IMG/VR virus record: IMGVR_UViG_3300028867_000005
Location: 24,279 to 88,278 of that record
Strand: one strand, 5' to 3'
Length of the DNA: 64,000 bases
Origin: a virus
This document shows, in pieces, positions 38,983 through 49,121 of the stretch. Every line of letters begins with the position of its first letter. The stretch's first letter is position 1. Position numbers and translations under genes: made by a program. The notes under the pieces are model-generated. The model had not been told where the DNA came from. It searched no databases and worked only from the letters and a program-made list of their open reading frames with translations.

Positions 38983-40006
38983 TTTGCGCCTCGCCAAGGT
39001 CACAAACATGCACCCGGAAGGGATATGCGCTGACCTGATCTGCTTGGACAATGGCGACCGCTATCCGGCTGTCATGATCATGGGCGAGCAGAGCCTCAGC
39101 GACTGCACAGGCACCGTTGACCTGACTGAGCCTGGGCTCCCGCCATCTGGATCTGCCGGGCAGTCTACGGACATAAACGACAGCACTACAGGACCAAACC
39201 TGATCGCCGTGTGCGGCACGCTTCGCCATGGTGGACTGATAATCCTGGGCTTCCTGTCTCCCCAGAAAAGCCAGATGTTCGTGGAGGCCGGGCGCCGGGT
39301 CCAGCGCCATGCTTCCGACGTTTACACCACAACGGATATTTTCGGGAATTTTGAGCTTTACCATCCTAGCGGCACCTATTTAAGGATAGGCGAATCGACA
39401 GCTCATGACGATCTGACTGGCCGCGATTTTAAAAAGCTGTGGGCTATCACCAAGAACACCGGGCGCCAGCCTCACATCCATATGAGTGTGGCGGTGGGAG
39501 GGGTATCACAGGCCAGCCTTGATATGGCCCCCACTGGCCAGGTAACAGTTACGTCAGGCGCTGACACAGTTGTAAATGCCACTTCAAACGTCTATGTGAC
39601 AGCCGCAAACGGAAATATCAACGCAACTGCTACAACCGGCAATATCACAGTGTCTGCTCCGCTCGGGAACCTGAACATCCATGCAGCTACCGGGGCCGTG
39701 AACGTGCAGGCGGTAGACGTGAATGTCACCGCTACTGCTACCTCTATAACCGCACCCACCAATACGATCACTGGAAATCTGAACGTGATTGGGCTCATCA
39801 GTGCTGGCGGCTTGGCGTTGACAGCTGTTGGTGGCGGCACAGGTGCTGCGGCTATAGCAGGCAATGTGACAGTCACAGGTAGCATAAACGTGCCGACTGG
39901 CTCAATGGTAGTGACGGCTGGAGACATATCGATTGCAGGTATCAGCATCAAGACCCACTACCACACCGGCGGCACCATCGGCGGCAATACCGGCGCAATG
40001 GTGTGA
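38975..40006 (+). CDS. baseplate central spike (gpV/gp5-like)
   Basis: N-terminal OB-like region, HPSGTY, beta-helix repeats, C-terminal THYH metal-binding tip. Confidence 0.8.
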   Translation: MTNLRLAKVTNMHPEGICADLICLDNGDRYPAVMIMGEQSLSDCTGTVDLTEPGLPPSGSAGQSTDINDSTTGPNLIAVCGTLRHGGLIILGFLSPQKSQMFVEAGRRVQRHASDVYTTTDIFGNFELYHPSGTYLRIGESTAHDDLTGRDFKKLWAITKNTGRQPHIHMSVAVGGVSQASLDMAPTGQVTVTSGADTVVNATSNVYVTAANGNINATATTGNITVSAPLGNLNIHAATGAVNVQAVDVNVTATATSITAPTNTITGNLNVIGLISAGGLALTAVGGGTGAAAIAGNVTVTGSINVPTGSMVVTAGDISIAGISIKTHYHTGGTIGGNTGAMV

Positions 40007-40015
40007 CTGTAAACT
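40001..40015 (+). promoter_or_regulatory. putative late promoter GTGTGAC-TG-TAAACT
   Basis: Motif copy overlapping the spike stop codon, 9 nt before ATG 40025. Confidence 0.6.
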
Positions 40016-40024
40016 GGCGGGACT

Positions 40025-41860
40025 ATGCAGAATCCACCACTATCTCAAAAACCGGATACATCACCCATCGGCTTCGCGCTGGTGGATGTGACACGGCCGA
40101 ATGGACCCGTGCAGTTGCTGACGCTCAACATCCGGCCTGAAGACGTAAACATTACCACCCCGTCGCGCGTGACCGTCCAGCAGACGCTGGGACAGGCCGG
40201 CACAGCTGGAGCATGGGCTGATGAGTGGGGTGAGGGTCTGGTCAGTATCAATATCTCCGGTCACACTGGCTGGCGCACTGATGCTGCCCAGAAGTCATCT
40301 GTCGAACGGCTGATCGCCCTGCAGGGCATGATTCAGCAGTGGCACAATTTGCGCGCCCTTGCCGCAGAAGAAGGACGCGACCCATCCGGGGTGTTGCTGA
40401 TTTATTCCGATGGTTTGAATTTTGTGCATATGTTCGTGGTGCCGCTCGTTTTTTCATTGAAGCGGAACCGCTCACGGCCGCTGCTGATGATGTATCAGAT
40501 TGCCATGACCGGCATTGCTTACGTCTCGGCGGCTACCGCTGGGACGCTTGATAGCCTGCTGGCGCCCAAGCCTTCAGATCAGTCCGTAGGCGACTCCATA
40601 TCGTCCGCCCTGGCTGTCATGGATAAAGTTACGTCAGCGCTGAATACTGCGACCGGAATACTCCATACCGCGCTTCCGAGTATTCTGGCTGGCCCGATGA
40701 ACAGCTTTAATAGCCTGTCAGCAGCTATTGTAGGGGCGGTCAATGCTACTCGGCAGGCTCCATCAGCCTCCCTGAATCTGCTGGCCGCAGATGCTTGCAT
40801 GGGCGCGGCCAATGTATGGCGGGTCTTGGCGGCAGCCATCACTGACCCGTTCGCCGGTAATCTTTGCATGCAGGCTGCGGCTGCTTATGAGAACGTCACC
40901 TGCCTCCTGCAGAATATCCTGATACCCCCTGCCCAGTTCCCTGATTACTCCGCTGTGTACGGGGCATCCAACTGCTCATCAACTTCAGGCGGGAGCGCTG
41001 TTGCTCAGTTGAGCAATCCGCTCGCTTCGGTTTATCCAAACCAGGCGCCGCTGGCCACCCAGAATGAAGCAGCGCAGTTCTCCACTGGTGCGCTGAAAAA
41101 CTGCGACCCGGTACTGTCGCCGCCTTCCATGGTGGCTATTCATGGGCATGTATCCAATATTGCTCAAGGAACGACACTGAACGCCTCGGCTATTGCTGCT
41201 CAGCAGGCCCTGGCATCCAGTTCCAGCGGCCCATCAACTTCTTCTACCGGCATGACATCCCCGCTGACTGGCGTTCGCTTCGTGCAAACCCAGTGGGGCG
41301 ATACCCTCCAGAAAATCGCACTTCGAGAGGTGGGGGATGCATCAAAGTGGGTGGATATCGTCAATATCAACGGTCTTTCTGCGCCATACCTGACGGGCGA
41401 TGATTCGCAGGTGACTGCCAGCGTCCTGAAGTTTGGTGATTCGATAAAAGTCCCGTCGACATTCGACAGCACAAATGGGGCAGCTTCCGCAAGTGAAATA
41501 TATGGCACAGATATAGATTTGACTTCCGGTGATTTTACTGCAACTGATTCAGGCGATATTGCCGTGCTGGTGGGAAATGACAACCTACGGCAGGCGCTGA
41601 CCATGCGCGTCAACGTGCAGCGCTATGAGCTCGTCTACTACCCTACCTACGGAAGTTTTGTTCGGACGATGCTCGGCAAGGGGAATAACCCCATCAATGC
41701 CAACATCGCCAATGGTTATGCTCAGGCGTCAGTACAGTCTGACCCTCGCGTCCAGCGGGTCCAGAATTCTACGGTCCAGGTAACCGGCGATGCCATGGAG
41801 ATAACCATGGATGTAAACCCGATTGTGGGTAAGCCTCTTTCTGTCACGGTGAGCGTTTAA
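40025..41860 (+). CDS. baseplate protein: tube-initiator-like + LysM + gp25-like wedge domains
   Basis: IRPED...VQQTLG..W.DEWGEG..I.ISGHTGW; GDTLQKIA LysM; GNDNLRQAL...YGS...SDPRV gp25 pattern. Confidence 0.7.
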   Translation: MQNPPLSQKPDTSPIGFALVDVTRPNGPVQLLTLNIRPEDVNITTPSRVTVQQTLGQAGTAGAWADEWGEGLVSINISGHTGWRTDAAQKSSVERLIALQGMIQQWHNLRALAAEEGRDPSGVLLIYSDGLNFVHMFVVPLVFSLKRNRSRPLLMMYQIAMTGIAYVSAATAGTLDSLLAPKPSDQSVGDSISSALAVMDKVTSALNTATGILHTALPSILAGPMNSFNSLSAAIVGAVNATRQAPSASLNLLAADACMGAANVWRVLAAAITDPFAGNLCMQAAAAYENVTCLLQNILIPPAQFPDYSAVYGASNCSSTSGGSAVAQLSNPLASVYPNQAPLATQNEAAQFSTGALKNCDPVLSPPSMVAIHGHVSNIAQGTTLNASAIAAQQALASSSSGPSTSSTGMTSPLTGVRFVQTQWGDTLQKIALREVGDASKWVDIVNINGLSAPYLTGDDSQVTASVLKFGDSIKVPSTFDSTNGAASASEIYGTDIDLTSGDFTATDSGDIAVLVGNDNLRQALTMRVNVQRYELVYYPTYGSFVRTMLGKGNNPINANIANGYAQASVQSDPRVQRVQNSTVQVTGDAMEITMDVNPIVGKPLSVTVSV

Positions 41861-41862
41861 TC

Positions 41863-42987
41863 ATGGCATTTCAGATAAAAAACTTTGTCTCCATTGCCGC
41901 GGCCATGATCAACCGCATGAAAGCGGTGCAGTCGCTGCTGACTGATTTTAATGTCGGCGCTGCTGCCCGTACGGTGGTAGAGGCGGTCGCCATTGAGCTC
42001 GATCAGTACTACCAGCAAATGTTCAATGGCCTGAAGGAGGCCATCCCGGTAGCGATTTACAACAGCTTCGGCTTTCCGCTGCTGCCGGCCCAGGCATCCC
42101 GCGGGCTCCTGACGTTTACTGCCACAGTATCTGCGTTCGATCAGCCCATCCTGGCTGGTGCCGTAGTGACTGTGCCCGGCGGCACTATCCGCTATGTCAC
42201 TCAGGCGAACGCTGTTATCCCTGCCGGTGACACTACAGTATCTGTGGAGGCTGCAGCTGATACGGTCGGGCTCGTCAGTAATGCGGCGCCAGGGACTATT
42301 ACCCAGTTGGTCGGCAGCATTGCCGGGGTGACTGGCGTCACCAATACCCTCGCTTTCGGTGGCGGCCAGGACGCTGAGACGGAAGACCAGCGCAAAACGC
42401 GCTTCCAGTCCTACATCCAGTCCCTTGGCCGGGGCCAAGTCTATGCACTCCAGTACGGGGCGCAGACAGCCTACCTGCTGGACAGCTATGGCAATATTGT
42501 GGAAAGCGTGATCAGCGCCATCGTGCAGGAAATGTATTACATCGATGACTCCAACCCGATTGGACTTATCCATGTTTTTATTTTCAACGGCAGCACGGGG
42601 GCGAGCTCTGATTTGATCGCGAAGTGCCAGCAAATTATAGATGGCTATACCGACACCAACGGCAACAAAATCGCCGGATACAAGGCGGCTGGCACCATTG
42701 TAGTGGTGTATGCCTGCTTCACGTCTACCTGTGATGTGACTGGCGTGGTGACTCTTCTGCCAGCCTACGCAAGCAGCAGCGTTGCTGTGCTGGCGGCCTG
42801 CACAGCGGCGGTGAACGCCTATATCGCCAGCCTGCCTGTGGGCACCAATATCATTCAAGAGCAGATCCGCACAACGATTATGAATGTGCCTGGTGTCTAT
42901 AACGTGGTTTTGTCTGCGCCCGGTGGGGACGTTACGATTGCCTATAACTACAAAGCCCTTCCGGGCACCATTGCTCTGACGACCTGA
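41863..42987 (+). CDS. baseplate J-like wedge protein
   Basis: TDFNVGAAART, GGGQDAETEDQRKTRF. Confidence 0.88.
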   Translation: MAFQIKNFVSIAAAMINRMKAVQSLLTDFNVGAAARTVVEAVAIELDQYYQQMFNGLKEAIPVAIYNSFGFPLLPAQASRGLLTFTATVSAFDQPILAGAVVTVPGGTIRYVTQANAVIPAGDTTVSVEAAADTVGLVSNAAPGTITQLVGSIAGVTGVTNTLAFGGGQDAETEDQRKTRFQSYIQSLGRGQVYALQYGAQTAYLLDSYGNIVESVISAIVQEMYYIDDSNPIGLIHVFIFNGSTGASSDLIAKCQQIIDGYTDTNGNKIAGYKAAGTIVVVYACFTSTCDVTGVVTLLPAYASSSVAVLAACTAAVNAYIASLPVGTNIIQEQIRTTIMNVPGVYNVVLSAPGGDVTIAYNYKALPGTIALTT

Positions 42988-42988
42988 T

Positions 42989-43828
42989 ATGAAACTGACG
43001 CGCAAGCTTTTCACCTGGGTACATCGGGCATTCAGCAAAGACCCGAAGGCTACCCTTGCGCTGCGTCTTGACTATGATGGCACCATGACGTGGACTGTTG
43101 CAGATGGATTTCTGACTACCACTGTGACTGGCGGCTCGGGCGCCGCACTCAACATCGATCTTTCCCTTTACACCCTGGCTGCGCTGGCGACCCACCTTGC
43201 TGCCCAGACGGGGTATACGGTGGCTTTCTCGCCGCCTGATTCTATTGCACAGTTGAGTGCGCTTTCCATTCTGGACGGCTCCAACACTCCAGCCGTGAGC
43301 AATGGCGATCACCTGAGCATATTCACGTCGCTGGCATGGGCGTTTCTTGATAGCAGCGCCTCAGAGCTGAATCAGGCGGTGAACTCCATTCCGCTGATGA
43401 TAGACCAGATGGTAGTGGGAACGGCGGAAGGCACATGGCTTGATTACCACGGCAGTTTTTTTGACTGCGTGCGCCAGAATAGCGAACTCGACCCCCAGTA
43501 CGCTGGCCGTATCGTGACGCAAATGTTCCAGCCGAAAGCCAATAACGTGGCCATCGAACTCGCGCTTCAGTCTCTCAACTCAGGCCAGCTTGCCACAATT
43601 ACCGATGCCCCGCTGGTTAGCGGCAATTACGGGTGGTTCGATGCCGAGATTGACACGGCCGGCGTTACCGATATCGCCTCCCTGATTATTCGGTCAAGGG
43701 CGCTCATTGATCAGTTCCGGGACGCAGGGACCAATCTGCGCAATTTCTATACCTCGATCAGCACTACTGACCGGTTTGTGTCCACGGCAGTATCCCAGCT
43801 GGGCGTAACAATTTCGGTAGGGCCTTGA
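42989..43828 (+). CDS. baseplate wedge protein (gpI-like)
   Basis: TAEGTWLDYHGSFF..R...ELDPQYAGRI. Confidence 0.7.
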   Translation: MKLTRKLFTWVHRAFSKDPKATLALRLDYDGTMTWTVADGFLTTTVTGGSGAALNIDLSLYTLAALATHLAAQTGYTVAFSPPDSIAQLSALSILDGSNTPAVSNGDHLSIFTSLAWAFLDSSASELNQAVNSIPLMIDQMVVGTAEGTWLDYHGSFFDCVRQNSELDPQYAGRIVTQMFQPKANNVAIELALQSLNSGQLATITDAPLVSGNYGWFDAEIDTAGVTDIASLIIRSRALIDQFRDAGTNLRNFYTSISTTDRFVSTAVSQLGVTISVGP

Positions 43829-43829
43829 A

Positions 43830-45077
43830 ATGTCCACGTATAAGACCCTGATCACTGCCCTGGGCGCCACGCTCGAGGCGGCTGCTCATGCCTCTGACAC
43901 TCAGATTGTCTATGCCACTATCAGGGTTGGAGACGGTGGCGGCGTGCCAGTCACTCCAGATCCGACCCGTACAGCGCTGGTGCACCAGGTATTATCTGTG
44001 GCGCTGAACAGCCTGACAGTGGACCCGTCCAATGCTGACCAGTTCATCGCAGAGGCAATAATCCCGGCAGTAGAGGGAGGCTGGACAATCCGCGAGCTCA
44101 GCCTCAATGACAATGCCGGCAATATGATTTTCACGGCGAACTGCGGGGATACCTACAAGCCCACGGCTGCCGACGGCGCCACCTCAGACATGCTTATCCG
44201 CATGACGATTGCCGTGTCGAATCCTGACACGGTGACCATTATCCTGGACCCCTCTATCGTTACTGCTACCCGCGAGTGGGTAGGCGACAACTATCTGGCA
44301 AAGGCCAACAACCTGTCCGATATTGCCAGCGCCGCAACTGCGCGCACCAATCTTGGGGTTTATTCCACGGCCCAGGTCGATACCAATATTGCCGCTGAGC
44401 AGACTCGCGCCACTACGGCGGAAGCTGCACTGAATACGGCAATTGCCGCTGAGCAGACTCGCGCCATAACCGCAGAGGGCGTATTAACCGCTGCTGTAGC
44501 TTCGGAAGTAACTCGCGCAACATCGGCTGAGGCTGTGCTGGCGGCGGGCCTTGTGCCGCCCGGCTCCGTGTCACACTTTTTTGGCCTGACCGCTCCCGCC
44601 GGCTGGCTGATCTGTAATGGCCAGACGATTGGCAACGCTGCCAGCAACGCGAATTTTGCTGATCCCTCATCCAGTACGCTTTTTGGCATTATTTGGGATG
44701 CGACGCTCAACACCACCGATGGGGGCGCGTTCCAGATGCTAACGGCTGACGGCGCTCCGGTGGCACGTGGCTTGACCGCCGTTGCTGACTATGACCTCAA
44801 CTACCGTATCCCGCTCCCTGACGACCGTGGCCTCTTCTGGCGCGGCCTTGACCTTGGTGCTGGGGTTGATGCTGGGCGTGTGCTGGCGACGAGTCAGACG
44901 GACGCATTTGGATCGCACAATCACGACGTGAACAATAGCGAATATAACTACACCGTGCAGCCGGGCTCGAATGTCATCGCTGGATTTCCGGCGGGGGGAA
45001 CGACCGTCACGACGTCCTCCGGCGGTACTGAAACGCGCCCGAAAAACCGCGCTTACCTGCCGATCATCAAACTCTAA
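43830..45077 (+). CDS. tail fibre protein with collar domain
   Basis: P2 gpH-like N-terminus (VGDGGG, GGWTIRE, TYKP), collar APAGWLICNG...PDDRGLFWRG, ETRPKN end; 18-aa repeats at 44388/44442. Confidence 0.88.
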   Translation: MSTYKTLITALGATLEAAAHASDTQIVYATIRVGDGGGVPVTPDPTRTALVHQVLSVALNSLTVDPSNADQFIAEAIIPAVEGGWTIRELSLNDNAGNMIFTANCGDTYKPTAADGATSDMLIRMTIAVSNPDTVTIILDPSIVTATREWVGDNYLAKANNLSDIASAATARTNLGVYSTAQVDTNIAAEQTRATTAEAALNTAIAAEQTRAITAEGVLTAAVASEVTRATSAEAVLAAGLVPPGSVSHFFGLTAPAGWLICNGQTIGNAASNANFADPSSSTLFGIIWDATLNTTDGGAFQMLTADGAPVARGLTAVADYDLNYRIPLPDDRGLFWRGLDLGAGVDAGRVLATSQTDAFGSHNHDVNNSEYNYTVQPGSNVIAGFPAGGTTVTTSSGGTETRPKNRAYLPIIKL

Positions 45078-45099
45078 CCGGAAAAAAGGAAGTTATGAC

Positions 45100-45450
45100 A
45101 TGGAAAATGAAAGCATTATTCCATTTTGCCGGACTGAAACCGAAGAGGAACGCAGGGAACGCGAGCAGGATGAGCGCCTTGTGCGCCTGATCAATCTTGC
45201 TCTGGACGGCCGGGCAGAGGATGCGCGCATTGACCGCAAAATCCATGCCGATCATCACATCATCGTGGCGAAGTGGATTGAGCGAGAGGAAAAGGCGAAG
45301 GAACGCTGGGATATTTTCCGCAAATCGATGCTGGGGGCAATTGCGGTTGCGATTGTCACCGGGATAGGTAAAGCGCTGGTTGTGCTCGGCACCCTTGTGG
45401 CTGCCGGGTGGGCCAGCCAGCCTCATGGCCCAGGTGGGCCGCACCCGTAG
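45100..45450 (+). CDS. putative holin-like membrane protein
   Basis: Start MENES at 45100; charged N-terminus then a long hydrophobic C-terminal segment. Confidence 0.5.
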   Translation: MENESIIPFCRTETEEERREREQDERLVRLINLALDGRAEDARIDRKIHADHHIIVAKWIEREEKAKERWDIFRKSMLGAIAVAIVTGIGKALVVLGTLVAAGWASQPHGPGGPHP

Positions 45451-45461
45451 GAGAGAGCGTC

Positions 45462-46103
45462 ATGCAGAACTGGCAGAAAGGCGGTTTGTTTTTGATCTAC
45501 AGTGCCATCCTGGTATGGATTGGCATGATTGCTGAGGGGCACATCCTCACGAAGCCGGGCCCGACCCCGGTTCCCATGGCGGCCATCGTGCAGCCAGACA
45601 AGTCGGTACTGCCGCCGGTGGCGCCGGGCGCCGACAAGCAGGCCGACAAAATGGCCAAGGCTCCCATGCTGCCCAAGGGTGCCATCCATGAGCATACGGT
45701 GATTGCATCCATCCAGCCGGAAGCACAGCCTGCGCCTCCCCCCGTTGCGCCGTTTAAGCCTTCGAGCGATGGGATGTGCCATGATACCCCTGAGCCGGCG
45801 CCAGTCTGTAAAGCGGTCACCGTGCGCCTGGATGCCATCAAGACGGCTGACGGCTATCACCGGTATATCGTTTCGACACCAGACGGCACCATTTTGAGTA
45901 CGCTGGATGTTCCGCCGGAAAAGGCGCCTCTGGTGTTCAGTGAGCCCAAGTATGGTATTGGTCCACTGGCCGTTGCCGGCCTGAAGCCTGGGATAGTGGG
46001 AACGTACAAGATGGGAACAGCCGTCGAGGTTATTGGCGAAACCTTTAACCTCGGCGGCAAGGGTGGTGCGTACTTTGGTGCAGGTGTGATCTGGCGGTTC
46101 TAA
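45462..46103 (+). CDS. membrane-anchored protein, possible spanin
   Basis: N-terminal TM helix, Pro-rich linker, beta-hairpin C-terminus ending GAGVIWRF. Confidence 0.5.
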   Translation: MQNWQKGGLFLIYSAILVWIGMIAEGHILTKPGPTPVPMAAIVQPDKSVLPPVAPGADKQADKMAKAPMLPKGAIHEHTVIASIQPEAQPAPPPVAPFKPSSDGMCHDTPEPAPVCKAVTVRLDAIKTADGYHRYIVSTPDGTILSTLDVPPEKAPLVFSEPKYGIGPLAVAGLKPGIVGTYKMGTAVEVIGETFNLGGKGGAYFGAGVIWRF

Positions 46104-46357
46104 AGTTCTACAGCGGCGTAAATCTCAACACCGGGAAACTTTTTATCAATCTTGTGACAAAGTTTCTCGGTGGCTTCATCGATAACGATTACCCCAACAC
46201 CTGTTTGCTTTAAACGATGAAAAATGAACCGCTTGGTGGCAATGTTTGCATTCACTTCAAAAAATGTAACCCCATCTTTCGTCAGCTTTTCTTTTAAATC
46301 CCGCAGGTAAGTGGTTTTTCCAGTTCCTGCGCTGCCTTTGAAAATAAGCTTTATCAT
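46100..46357 (-). CDS. minimal P-loop NTPase-like protein
   Basis: Walker A GSAGTGKT and Walker B VIVIDE in 85 aa; GAGGA RBS; AT-rich. Confidence 0.65.
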   Translation of the reverse strand: MIKLIFKGSAGTGKTTYLRDLKEKLTKDGVTFFEVNANIATKRFIFHRLKQTGVGVIVIDEATEKLCHKIDKKFPGVEIYAAVEL

Positions 46358-46425
46358 AATCAGTCCTCTCTATCTGGAGCCAGTTCAAGCACGGTTTTAA
46401 GCCGGTCTAACTGGCAATAGGCCTT

Positions 46426-46677
46426 TCATATCGCATCCCCAGCACCAGCCGCAATTTCACTCGCCAGCAGCTGGTGCTGAGAACCCTTCTTTTTCGCAAG
46501 TTCCGACACTTCGCGCGCCAGTTCGCGTAGATCCGCACAATCCTCGATCATGCTCTGATCACGGCTCATTTTTTTCAGCCCGGATACATCCTGCTTTAAA
46601 ACCCCAAAACGGATCATCGACAACATCATTACGGACCCATGTTCCGCATTGCAGGCATACCTGGCCGTCTTCGCCAC
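46426..46677 (-). CDS. hypothetical protein
   Basis: 83-aa ORF filling the operon gap; start uncertain. Confidence 0.45.
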   Translation of the reverse strand: MAKTARYACNAEHGSVMMLSMIRFGVLKQDVSGLKKMSRDQSMIEDCADLRELAREVSELAKKKGSQHQLLASEIAAGAGDAI

Positions 46678-46734
46678 TGTGAAACTCAGGCTGCGTATCG
46701 GCGCCCATGCAGGCTTTCGTGGGGTGCAGGTCCA

Positions 46735-47739
46735 TTACCGTGCCACCGGGTAACCGTCGTGCAAAACTCCATCCAGCGTGCGGCCGGCGTGCTTGGTGCC
46801 GACCTTGCGGTAAAGCTGGATTTCGCGATGGTCACCCTTCTCGAAGGGCTTGCCGTCCTCCCATACCCAGTCCTTCAAGGGTGGGCCCGGCGGGCAGTCA
46901 GGGTGGTTGGAAGGCAAATACTCACCCCACTGCTTGAACAGGAACGGCACGCCATGCTGCGCGCAGTCGTCGCGGACCTTGCGTACCCATTCGGCTTTCA
47001 TGATGCGGGCCTTGTCGCCGCTCTCGCCGCCAAGGACAACCCAGTCCAGCTTATTGCCATGGGAGCCCCCATTTTTGGCAGACCGGAAACCATCGAGAGC
47101 ATTGTCTATATGAGTCCGGCCGCCCCATTTCCGCTCGAGCATGGTCAGATTGACCCGGCCAATCATCGGCTCCAGCGATATCCAGCGCACGGCCGCAATC
47201 GTGGTCAGCAACAGCCCAATACGTTTGTTGGCCCATTCCTGATTTTCCACGCTCACGCCAAGCCAGACATTCGGCAGTGGGATAGCCGGCTTGGCCAGCA
47301 CCAGGCCCATGCGCTCGGCGGCCAGTACCAGGCGCTCAGGCTCGCGGGCAATGCCCTGCATGTAGGCCTTCATGACTCCCGGCCGCTTCGTCAGCACCTG
47401 AAAAGTATGCTGGCTGGCCAGCGCCATGACGGCAAAAACCTTATCGATGAAATCCAGCGGCACAGCCTCATAGAACAGGTCAGACATGCTGTTGACAAAA
47501 ATCTTGCTGGGCTTTTTCCATGACAACGGTTCCAGAAGCACGCTATCAATAAGCATGATCTTGCCATTCCACTGACGATGTTCGCCTATAAGGCCAGCAT
47601 AGGGCATTCCTTCGCCATTGAAGCGAAAAGCAATCTTTTCAGCATAGCAGTTCATGCAGCCAGGGCTCACACGGGAGCAGCCGCGCGTGGGTGACCAGGT
47701 GCTATCTGTCCATTCTATTGATGTTTTTCTGACTGCCAT
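46735..47739 (-). CDS. DUF5131 / phage Gp37Gp68 family protein
   Basis: TSIEWTDSTWSPTRGCSRVSPGCMNCYA, FVNSMSDLF, FQVLTKRP, WVVLGGESG, FKQWGE. Confidence 0.92.
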   Translation of the reverse strand: MAVRKTSIEWTDSTWSPTRGCSRVSPGCMNCYAEKIAFRFNGEGMPYAGLIGEHRQWNGKIMLIDSVLLEPLSWKKPSKIFVNSMSDLFYEAVPLDFIDKVFAVMALASQHTFQVLTKRPGVMKAYMQGIAREPERLVLAAERMGLVLAKPAIPLPNVWLGVSVENQEWANKRIGLLLTTIAAVRWISLEPMIGRVNLTMLERKWGGRTHIDNALDGFRSAKNGGSHGNKLDWVVLGGESGDKARIMKAEWVRKVRDDCAQHGVPFLFKQWGEYLPSNHPDCPPGPPLKDWVWEDGKPFEKGDHREIQLYRKVGTKHAGRTLDGVLHDGYPVAR

Positions 47740-47753
47740 GATCGATGCTCTTT

Positions 47754-47780
47754 AAAAAACACCCCGGCGAACCGGGATGC
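47754..47780 (-). terminator. rho-independent terminator
   Basis: Minus strand CATCCCGG-TTCG-CCGGGGTG-TTTTTT after the DUF2303 gene. Confidence 0.75.
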
Positions 47781-47801
47781 TCGGGTTAACACCTACTTTT
47801 T

Positions 47802-48704
47802 TCAGCCACGCTTGCCGGTGTAAAAGGCAATGTTGTGGCCCGGCAGCTTCGATTCGAGCTGTTCGGATACCTTGCTGGCGATGTTGGCCAGGGCGCGCTC
47901 GAGGATGAGCTCGAAGTCGACCATGACATAGCACATGAACAGCTTCTTCGTGTCCTTGTCCACGCGGTAGCGGTAAAGGCAGTCGATACCGAACGGATTG
48001 GCATAGCGGAAAATGCGAACGCCAATCTGGAAGTTGCTCGGAATATCGATGGTGCCCTTGGCGCCGGCCCCGCTCTCGCTTTCCTCCTGGTAGGTCAGGC
48101 GATTATCGCCATTCTGGAGGTTTTCAGAGGATACGTAGACGATCTTGGACTTCTGGTAAAGCGTCTTGGCCACTTCCAGCATGGTAGCCGCATCCGGCCG
48201 CACAATTTCACCGGCATGACGCTCCAGGAAGTCAGCGAACTGCACCTGCGGAATCATGTTGTCATTGTGCTTGGCCCAGGCGTCAAACTCGGGTGCCCTC
48301 AGCAACTGCAAGTGGACCACATGGCGCCCCCACTGGGCAGGGCCCTGCACATCAATGCCAGTAGTTGCCAGGGTGCTGAATCCCTCCGGCAATTCCTCGG
48401 CATCCGGGCGGATTGCGCCATCGTGGTAGTCGATGACGGCCGTCATGCTCAGCGAGGCCAAGTCAGAGAACACCACGGTACGACCGCGCAAGGCAAACTT
48501 GCCAAGATAGGCCGTGAACGAGTCAACGTCGTTCAGCGTGATGTTCTGCTTGATTTCTACCGGCTGCGACAGATGCTCAGCCAGCGACTTCAACTCATAG
48601 CCTTCCGGCACGACAGCAAAGGGGATGTTGGTGCCAGGCACCGTACTCAACCCAACCAGCTTCGCGCCGAGCGCGAGCAATTCTTTCGTGTTTTCAGTAT
48701 TCAT
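47802..48704 (-). CDS. DUF2303 (YfdQ-like) family protein
   Basis: SFTAY, AVIDYH, QVQFADFLE, IPSNFQI, YRYR. Confidence 0.85.
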   Translation of the reverse strand: MNTENTKELLALGAKLVGLSTVPGTNIPFAVVPEGYELKSLAEHLSQPVEIKQNITLNDVDSFTAYLGKFALRGRTVVFSDLASLSMTAVIDYHDGAIRPDAEELPEGFSTLATTGIDVQGPAQWGRHVVHLQLLRAPEFDAWAKHNDNMIPQVQFADFLERHAGEIVRPDAATMLEVAKTLYQKSKIVYVSSENLQNGDNRLTYQEESESGAGAKGTIDIPSNFQIGVRIFRYANPFGIDCLYRYRVDKDTKKLFMCYVMVDFELILERALANIASKVSEQLESKLPGHNIAFYTGKRG

Positions 48705-48712
48705 GATGCGGA

Positions 48713-49084
48713 TTAACCCTGCTTGGAGTTGCCAAGTTCTTCCAGGGCCGGCTTGTCGCTGCCGGTGGAATTGATGGCGACGAGTGGAAGTTTCTGCTGC
48801 TTGGGATGCTCACGCAGCAGGTTGTTTTCAGGGGTGACGTACATCAGGGTCTTGCCGCGCGAAATGGTCGGCGACTTGACCTTGAAATCGGCATTGATGC
48901 TCATCTGGCCCTTGCCTTCCGGCTTGTAATCCAGGGTGATGGTGATCTTGCCGCCCTTGTTGGTGAGGCCGATCAGGTCGACGAGTTTGTTCTGCTCGAC
49001 GGTCAGTTCGTCCAGGAAGCTGCCGTGCTCGACTTCGCGCAGCAGGTCAATAAACGGGCGGATGCCCTTCTTCGGTTCGTCCAC
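48713..49084 (-). CDS. conserved hypothetical partner of DUF2303
   Basis: TNKGGKITITL...YVTPENNLLREHPKQQKL. Confidence 0.8.
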   Translation of the reverse strand: MDEPKKGIRPFIDLLREVEHGSFLDELTVEQNKLVDLIGLTNKGGKITITLDYKPEGKGQMSINADFKVKSPTISRGKTLMYVTPENNLLREHPKQQKLPLVAINSTGSDKPALEELGNSKQG

Positions 49085-49121
49085 GGTATGCTCCTGTGGT
49101 TTTGGTGGTACTGCTCGGTAA

